In this document: positions 14,290 to 20,000 of the stretch, one piece after another
Position numbering within the stretch: position 1 is the stretch's first letter
Layout: each line of letters opens with the position of its first letter
The notes under the pieces: generated by a model
What the model was told of the DNA's origin: nothing
Seen by the model: only the letters and a program-made list of their open reading frames with translations
Databases searched by the model: none
Source of the DNA: an uncultured virus (IMG/VR IMGVR_UViG_3300025687_000041)
Taxonomy: Duplodnaviria > Heunggongvirae > Uroviricota > Caudoviricetes
Length of the DNA: 20,000 nt
IMG/VR virus record: IMGVR_UViG_3300025687_000041
Strand: one strand, 5' to 3'
Made by a program: the position numbers and the translations under genes

Positions 14290-16850
14290 TGTTTGGCTCT
14301 TCCTTTATTGATCTCCCGTGCATTAGCCTGTGCTGACAACTGTTTCAGCACATCCACGCTTGCTTGGGCCATCAATTTCTCGCGGTCATCACGCATTTTT
14401 GCCGCCATCGTCATGTTCTGATTCTTGCGGTTATTCTCGGCCTCCAACATGTCCACAGTGACCTTGGCCCGCTCAATTTGCTGCTGTGACGCCAGCCGCT
14501 CACGCTCGATCTGCGCTTGGGACGCGATCCGCGCTTGCTCAGTCTGAAGCTGCTGCGCCCGCAGTTGCGCATCCATCTGGTCTTTCTGCGCCTTGCGCTG
14601 CTGCTCCTGAGCCTTAAGCTGCAACTCCTGCATCTGCATCTGAATGATCGGATCTTGTGCCTGTTGCTGTGCTTGCTGCTGTGCTGCCTGCGCTTGGTTC
14701 TGCTGCAACAACCTTTGAGCCGCCTGCGCCAGCATCGGCGTCAACCGCGCTTCGACCTCGGGGTTCATTGGGGTTTCTTCGCCACTCTCATCATGTTGCG
14801 GCGGCAGGTTAAAGCCAAGCTGAAGCTCGATTTGTTTCCTGTACTCAAACCCAAGATGCTCATTGATATGAGCCATCATTGCCGCCCCCATCTGCTGCGC
14901 CATGGGGTTATCCTGTAGCAAAGACTGAATCTTGGGGTCTTGCATGGCCGACATATGCACCATGATGTGCGCTTGGTGATCCTGATACCCAAACGCTTTG
15001 ACCGGCTTCATCATTAAGACATTCTGGTTCTCAGAAACCGGGTCCATCGGTTTCATGTCGTCTTCCATCGGCACAAGCTTTTGTGCGTCTTTAATCCCCA
15101 ACACCTCTAGCATCTGCCTATGCAGCAGCGGCATGTTGTACAGATTCGGGGATGCTTGAGCTAATTGGAACACTGCCTGATACTGGACGATCTTCTGCGC
15201 CATGGTGCTGGCGTTCGGATCAGACACCGGGATTACATCAATATTGTCGTAGTCCGACCGCTTGGCGCGGCGTGAGCCTTCTTCTGGCTCGTAGCTGTAG
15301 TCCTCCGGGGTGTATGCAGCGATGATCCCCTTGAGCAGCCCCAACTCCTGCTTCATGGAATAGTGCACCCGCGCCTGAACCGCGCTCATGGTCTTGAGGG
15401 TGCGCTCCAGAATTGCCAGCGTGGTGCCAACCGGAGCCTGCGAGGACATGTCGCTAATCTGCAAATCGGCTGTATTTGCGAACCGCCTGCCTTCTTCAAC
15501 AATCGTATTGAACAACTGATAAAGAGTTTGGCTAGGTTCTTTATAAGGAAGCGGTAACAAGTTGTCCCTAATTGCTCCGCTTGGAACGTCTACATCCCTC
15601 CACTCCCCCGGAGAAATGGGGGTGTCATCTCCTTTAACGCGAAGCCCACGGGCTTTGAATCCACCCGGCAAATTGGACAGAGTGCCTGCGTCCACCAACT
15701 GACGGATCAGCGATGTGCCGCTCTTGGCAAATGCCCCCACCAAATGGATCAGGCCAAAGTAATAGAACCCAAACCCCGGAACATAGCCGTAATGGACAAA
15801 GTGCTGGCGCTTTTGATGCGTATCGTCATCCGGCTCCCAGTTACGGCGAATAGACAATACAAGGCCAGACCCCTTTTCCACCGTCACCACATAGGGAAGC
15901 GCAATCCCTGTCTTATGGCCGTCTTTGTCTTTGTGCTCAAACCCCGGAAGGTCAAGCTCAACATTCATCTCTAACAGCTTATAGCGGTGGTCAGTCGTTG
16001 CCCGGAACCCAAGCTTCTCGGCAATCTTCTTCTCGACTTCATCTAGCATGTTGTCCGGAGGGCCAAGATCCACATCCCGGTAAAATCCCGCATGCTGCAA
16101 CCGCATTAGCTCGTTCTCAGTCTTGCGCATCACGTGGGTTACGCGCTCCGCAGACTCCAGATCCGACGCCCCATACGGCACCACAATGTCCTCGGCGGGG
16201 ACGTACATCGCCACTTGCCGCTCCAGATGTGGGTCGTAATAGACCTTTTTGAACGCATTACCCGACAGGCCCAGACCCCACAGCATCCGCTCATGCTCAG
16301 GGCGATACTCCTTCATTACGTCCAAAAGCTGATAATTCATGTCAGCCTGAACGCGCTGGGCCGCTTCTTTCTTCTCGGGGGTTTCTTTCCCGATAATTAC
16401 AGTGCGCACTGGCCCAGCAGCGGGGAATGTCGCCAGCATTGTCTCGGCCTGAAACTTCACCAACGCCTCAGACAGCAACGGGTGGTACACCCCACACGCA
16501 CCTTCCCACGGCTCGGTGCGCTCCTCAATCTTCAGACCAAGCAACTCAAGGCCATCTACGTATGTCTGAATCCAATCCTTACGGCTGGCGACATCCTCGT
16601 CAAAATCCCCAATAAGCTCTGCGGCCATAGACTGAAGCACAGTCTCGTCCAGATGTTCGGCAAGGTTGGCGTTGAAATCTTCTCCAGAATCATCGTCTGG
16701 TTTAATCTCAATCTCCAACCCATCCATGCCAATAGTGACGCTTTCCGGGTCTTCAATCTCGATCTCAATAACGGGCACGTCCCCCTGTTCAACCAAATCC
16801 TCATCGGTAATTCCAAGAGGGGCTTGATTCAGAGCTTTTTCGATAGCCAT
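14286..16850 (-). CDS. Portal protein with a long Q-rich C-terminal coiled coil
   Basis: About 854 aa directly after terL. Contains PWEGACGVYHPLL.EA.V.FQA, GNAFKKVYYD, GFYYFGLIHL, RQLVDAGTLSNLP, PVGTTLA.LE. The ATG at 16850 has SD AAGGA. Confidence 0.85.
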   Translation of the reverse strand: MAIEKALNQAPLGITDEDLVEQGDVPVIEIEIEDPESVTIGMDGLEIEIKPDDDSGEDFNANLAEHLDETVLQSMAAELIGDFDEDVASRKDWIQTYVDGLELLGLKIEERTEPWEGACGVYHPLLSEALVKFQAETMLATFPAAGPVRTVIIGKETPEKKEAAQRVQADMNYQLLDVMKEYRPEHERMLWGLGLSGNAFKKVYYDPHLERQVAMYVPAEDIVVPYGASDLESAERVTHVMRKTENELMRLQHAGFYRDVDLGPPDNMLDEVEKKIAEKLGFRATTDHRYKLLEMNVELDLPGFEHKDKDGHKTGIALPYVVTVEKGSGLVLSIRRNWEPDDDTHQKRQHFVHYGYVPGFGFYYFGLIHLVGAFAKSGTSLIRQLVDAGTLSNLPGGFKARGLRVKGDDTPISPGEWRDVDVPSGAIRDNLLPLPYKEPSQTLYQLFNTIVEEGRRFANTADLQISDMSSQAPVGTTLAILERTLKTMSAVQARVHYSMKQELGLLKGIIAAYTPEDYSYEPEEGSRRAKRSDYDNIDVIPVSDPNASTMAQKIVQYQAVFQLAQASPNLYNMPLLHRQMLEVLGIKDAQKLVPMEDDMKPMDPVSENQNVLMMKPVKAFGYQDHQAHIMVHMSAMQDPKIQSLLQDNPMAQQMGAAMMAHINEHLGFEYRKQIELQLGFNLPPQHDESGEETPMNPEVEARLTPMLAQAAQRLLQQNQAQAAQQQAQQQAQDPIIQMQMQELQLKAQEQQRKAQKDQMDAQLRAQQLQTEQARIASQAQIERERLASQQQIERAKVTVDMLEAENNRKNQNMTMAAKMRDDREKLMAQASVDVLKQLSAQANAREINKGRAKQ

Positions 16851-16859
16851 GTTCAATCC

Positions 16860-18374
16860 TTAGTAGTACGGCTCCATGCGCCGTTTAAAATATATTTGCT
16901 CGTCTTCTTCGTCGAGCAGTGTGCGGATGTACCCGCCCTTTCTAAACCGCATCAGGGCCAGTGATACTGAGTCCACGTAATCGTCATGCTCACCTGCGGG
17001 GAAACTCGCAACCTCGTCAATAACTTCTTCTGCCCATGCCGTATTCGGTGCCCATACCCGTCCAGAGGCAAACAGGTCAGAGACAGAATTAAGCCTGCTA
17101 ATCTTATCGTTTCCCCGTACCGGTGTGTACTCCTGCACCGGAATACCCATCGCCCGCAATTCGTAGATCAGGGGCGCTCCAGAAGCCTTTTTCTCGATAA
17201 TTACCGCATCTGGAGACCACTCTTTCCACTGCTCAATGGCCTTCTTTTTCAACTCCGGGAACTCCATTCGGTCCCGAAGCGCATTAATCAGGATGATATT
17301 AGCTTGCTCCACCCCAGAATCATCCGGCTGGTAGAACACACCCCATAAAGTACAGGCCGAATAGTCCGCACGGTTGTTCTTCTCGAACGCCGTATCCCAT
17401 GACATCAGCGTAAATTCGCAAAATGGGGGCGAATCATGCTCCCAAAGCTTCCACCACTCCCGTTTGACGATGGCAGAACTCTCAGATGTCGGGTTTTGCT
17501 GGTACTGAGCCATCCATTTGGAGTTCGGAAGCTCCTCTTTTAGAGCAATAAGCTCCTTTTTGGACCAAAACTCAGGCCACAGCGGCTCTCCGGACTCAAA
17601 AAGCGCCGGAAATTCAATAACTTCCCACTCTTCGCCGCCCCTTTGGGCAGCAGACTTCAATACTTGCCCGGTCAAGTCCTTCTTGGACCAGCGTGTCATC
17701 ACGATCACGATAGACCCACCCGGCTGGAGACGCTGCCGGGGGCCAGATGTGTACCACTCGTAGGTCTTATCGTAGATCTCGGGGTTCACCTCAGCCAACG
17801 CGGCTTCTTGCTCGGAGTGTGGGTCGTCAATGATGAGCAGATCCGCGCCTTTACCCGTCACGGCACCCCCAACACCGATAGCGAAATACTCACCGGAGTA
17901 GTTAGTGGCCCAGCGCCCCGCCGCTTTGGAGTCCGCTTGCAGCGCCACCTCGGGAAATAAGTCCTTATAGCGGTCGGAATCAACCAAATTACGCACCTTA
18001 CGCCCGAAGCCCACAGCAAGCTCGGCGGTGTGCGAGGTCTGGATGACCTTTTTGCCCGGATACTTCCCAAGAAACCAAGATGGCAGCAAGTAAGAGGCAA
18101 ACTCCGACTTGGTGTGGCGTGGCGGCATGTTGATAATCAGGCGCTTTGTCTTACCCTCAGCCACCCGCTCAAACGCTCGGGCCATCTTCTCGTGGTGCTT
18201 GCCGTGGATGAAGTTAGGCCAGACGTAGTTCACGTACTGCATGAAGTTTATTTTTGCCACGTCCTGCGCTTTGACGCGGCGAGCCTCGGCAATAAGCGCC
18301 CCTACCTTCTGTTGCACCGCAGCAGGCAGGTTTGGAAGAGCCGCCTGAGCCTTACGTAGAAGTTCCGCGTCCAT
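16860..18374 (-). CDS. terL: Terminase large subunit
   Basis: Walker A variant INMPPRHTKS, Walker B LLIIDDPH, motif VMTRW, nuclease motifs SWDTA, IEKKASG and HDDYVDS. Probable start MDAELL at 18374. Confidence 0.92.
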   Translation of the reverse strand: MDAELLRKAQAALPNLPAAVQQKVGALIAEARRVKAQDVAKINFMQYVNYVWPNFIHGKHHEKMARAFERVAEGKTKRLIINMPPRHTKSEFASYLLPSWFLGKYPGKKVIQTSHTAELAVGFGRKVRNLVDSDRYKDLFPEVALQADSKAAGRWATNYSGEYFAIGVGGAVTGKGADLLIIDDPHSEQEAALAEVNPEIYDKTYEWYTSGPRQRLQPGGSIVIVMTRWSKKDLTGQVLKSAAQRGGEEWEVIEFPALFESGEPLWPEFWSKKELIALKEELPNSKWMAQYQQNPTSESSAIVKREWWKLWEHDSPPFCEFTLMSWDTAFEKNNRADYSACTLWGVFYQPDDSGVEQANIILINALRDRMEFPELKKKAIEQWKEWSPDAVIIEKKASGAPLIYELRAMGIPVQEYTPVRGNDKISRLNSVSDLFASGRVWAPNTAWAEEVIDEVASFPAGEHDDYVDSVSLALMRFRKGGYIRTLLDEEDEQIYFKRRMEPYY

Positions 18375-18954
18375 CAGAATCCGCTTCAAATACACCCAAC
18401 TCGGCGTCTAAATCAATTTCAGCAACGCTTACGGGGGCAGGCTCCTGTGGCGTTACATCCACAACGTCCGCACCATATAGCTCAAGCGTCTTGAGTAGAT
18501 CCGCCTCAATATCATGCACCGTGCGATGGGTAACATTAATATCAATACGCTCAGAGAACAGCCCGACCCCGGCGATCTTGCCAAGGTTTTCCAACGCTTT
18601 CATGCGCTGACGAGGATCGGGATCGACCGATTCGACGATCAGTTTGTTCGTGACGTAATTGCGCAGCCTACGGGATACATCCAAAACCTCTTGATCCCAC
18701 TCACTTAGGATCGCTTCAAGGTTGATGATCGCACCGGGGGTTAGCGTTTTAGCAGGGGGTAGTTTGCCGGAAGTGGCAATCTGATGGGATTGAGCTTTGT
18801 CTTCGGGGGTTACTTCTACTTCGGCACCACGCTCAATTAGCTCTTGCACCGTCTCAAATAGCGCATGGGCTTTCTGACGAAAATCGTCAATCTCCTCCGG
18901 TGTCGTATCGAAGGGCAGCGGGATACCCACTTCTGGGGTAACAAGCAAAGGCAT
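18352..18954 (-). CDS. Putative terminase small subunit
   Basis: Directly upstream of and overlapping terL. Contains a helical LRNYVTNKL...RMKALENLGKI.GVGLF segment. The call rests on position and recollection. Confidence 0.55.
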   Translation of the reverse strand: MPLLVTPEVGIPLPFDTTPEEIDDFRQKAHALFETVQELIERGAEVEVTPEDKAQSHQIATSGKLPPAKTLTPGAIINLEAILSEWDQEVLDVSRRLRNYVTNKLIVESVDPDPRQRMKALENLGKIAGVGLFSERIDINVTHRTVHDIEADLLKTLELYGADVVDVTPQEPAPVSVAEIDLDAELGVFEADSDGRGTST

Positions 18955-18990
18955 GAAGTTCCGTAGCTGTTTGTGGCTCAGATGTTTTGG

Positions 18991-19019
18991 AATGTAGTAG
19001 GTATAAATAATTTTGTCAA
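18991..19019 (-). promoter_or_regulatory. Sigma70-like promoter for the packaging/head operon
   Basis: TTGACA (19019-19014), 17 nt spacer, TACATT (18996-18991), just upstream of the first gene of the module. Confidence 0.7.
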
Positions 19020-19208
19020 TATGGGGGGTACGGGGTTGGCATGGTACCTAAATGATGACGGGGGGTGTTTGCTATAGATGTGCGGAAAGTTATTGGGATT
19101 GAAAGTGAAGGGGGTGGGGGGTCTTTTTAAAAGTTGTGATCTAACGTGCAAATTACTAAGGCAAGGCAAGCGTGGGTCCCATCTAGCCAATCTTGGGGGG
19201 TGGGGGTC

Positions 19209-19239
<31 letters not shown>

Positions 19240-19272
19240 CGGAACCGAATTTATTAACATGCTGATAATACT

Positions 19273-19299
19273 TTGCATAATCCTAAAAACGTGTATAAT
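19273..19299 (+). promoter_or_regulatory. Sigma70-like promoter for the plus-strand gene
   Basis: Perfect TATAAT at 19294-19299. TTGCAT at 19273-19278 gives a 15-nt spacer, which is short. Confidence 0.5.
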
Positions 19300-19349
19300 T
19301 TTAATCGTGGTCAATTGATCACAACAACACAACTTTATAGGTGATTCAC

Positions 19350-19862
19350 ATGCAAAACGAACTCTACTCAAACGCAACCCGGTCCACTATTGACGCAATC
19401 AAGTCGGACGCAAAAACCGCTAACCAATGGAAAACCGCCGGAGCCAAAGTCGCAGAATGCTTCGAGACTGAATCGGCATTAACGGAAGCAAAGGCGCAGT
19501 TCATTGCCGATGCGATTCTGCCGGCATTGGACAGGAAGCATGCCGCAGCACTCATTAAGGAACTACCGCGCAAGGGGTCGAAGGAATATAACGCGCTGGA
19601 CCAATCCGGGCGCGATACTTGGGAAGCGGCAAACCAGGCAAAGAAGGATGCACGTGCGATTGCGCACACCTATTTTGCGCGGCTAGTGTCCTATGCTTTC
19701 CCGAAGGAAAAAACCGAAGCCGCGCCCCGTGAATTGAAAACCCGCGTGTGCGAGGAACTAATTTCTTTGATCAAAGCATGCCAAAAATCCGAAGATGCGT
19801 TTGACGGAATCGTGGAATGCATTGCGCACATGGAAAAGGCGCTCGCAATCGCCAGCAAATAA
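19350..19862 (+). CDS. Hypothetical helical protein, divergently transcribed, possibly an early gene
   Basis: SD AGGTG before the ATG at 19350, own promoter and terminators, Ala/Lys/Glu-rich. No recognisable family. Confidence 0.75.
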   Translation: MQNELYSNATRSTIDAIKSDAKTANQWKTAGAKVAECFETESALTEAKAQFIADAILPALDRKHAAALIKELPRKGSKEYNALDQSGRDTWEAANQAKKDARAIAHTYFARLVSYAFPKEKTEAAPRELKTRVCEELISLIKACQKSEDAFDGIVECIAHMEKALAIASK

Positions 19863-19900
19863 TTAACATGTGATAATAAATCAGGGCGAAAGCCCTGAAC

Positions 19901-19970
19901 CTACCAGCCCGCCTTGCGCGGGCTTTTTTATTGCCCGCTACCAGCCCGCCTTGCGCGGGCTTTTTTATTG
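19901..19970 (+). terminator. Tandemly duplicated Rho-independent terminator
   Basis: CTACCAGCCCGCCTTGCGCGGGCTTTTTTATTG occurs at 19901-19933 and 19938-19970 (stem AGCCCGC/GCGGGCT plus U tract). Confidence 0.88.
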
Positions 19971-20000
19971 TCCGTGATCGGCGCGTTGCCGCTTGATGAT

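Noticed and set aside
14500..14720. CTG/CAG-rich stretch as a DNA repeat element
   Set aside because: It is explained by the Gln/Ala-rich coiled coil of the portal C-terminus.
23..18708. Numerous plus-strand ORFs in the track (e.g. 5743..6177, 11640..12134, 13285..13773, 16134..16964)
   Set aside because: They are antisense shadows of well-supported minus-strand genes and show no recognisable motifs.
19901..19974. CRISPR-like repeat
   Set aside because: Only two adjacent copies with a 4-nt gap, each a hairpin plus U tract, and no cas genes.

Overview
The window is part of the genome of a tailed dsDNA phage, probably podovirus-like because it shows no tape-measure or sheath gene. Nearly all genes from 1 to 18954 lie on the minus strand and form one morphogenesis module. 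In order: putative small terminase, large terminase, portal, a small conserved gene, a GroES-like co-chaperonin, scaffold, a head-associated gene, a putative cement protein and a Mu gpT-like major capsid protein. Next come a terminator, an internal promoter and a structured RNA, then a cluster of small basic proteins, two adaptor-like proteins, a free-standing GIY-YIG endonuclease and a run of tail/fibre genes that leaves the left edge. A G-tract and microsatellite-rich spacer (about 18955-19349) separates this module from one divergent plus-strand gene followed by a duplicated terminator. The most notable observations are: (1) several otherwise unrelated small basic proteins share a terminal peptide tag, [R/S/A]-[A/G]-D-G-[I/C]-A-x-[K/R]-G-K-T-x-G, together with recurring hydrophobic-x-x-G-G motifs, which suggests a capsid-targeting and processing system for interchangeable cargo; (2) a candidate double-pseudoknot RNA downstream of the capsid gene, probably the Mu-gpT-DE motif; (3) the adaptor-like gene after the endonuclease appears to start at an ATT codon directly behind the endonuclease stop. 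All family assignments come from motif recognition and recollection, not database searches.
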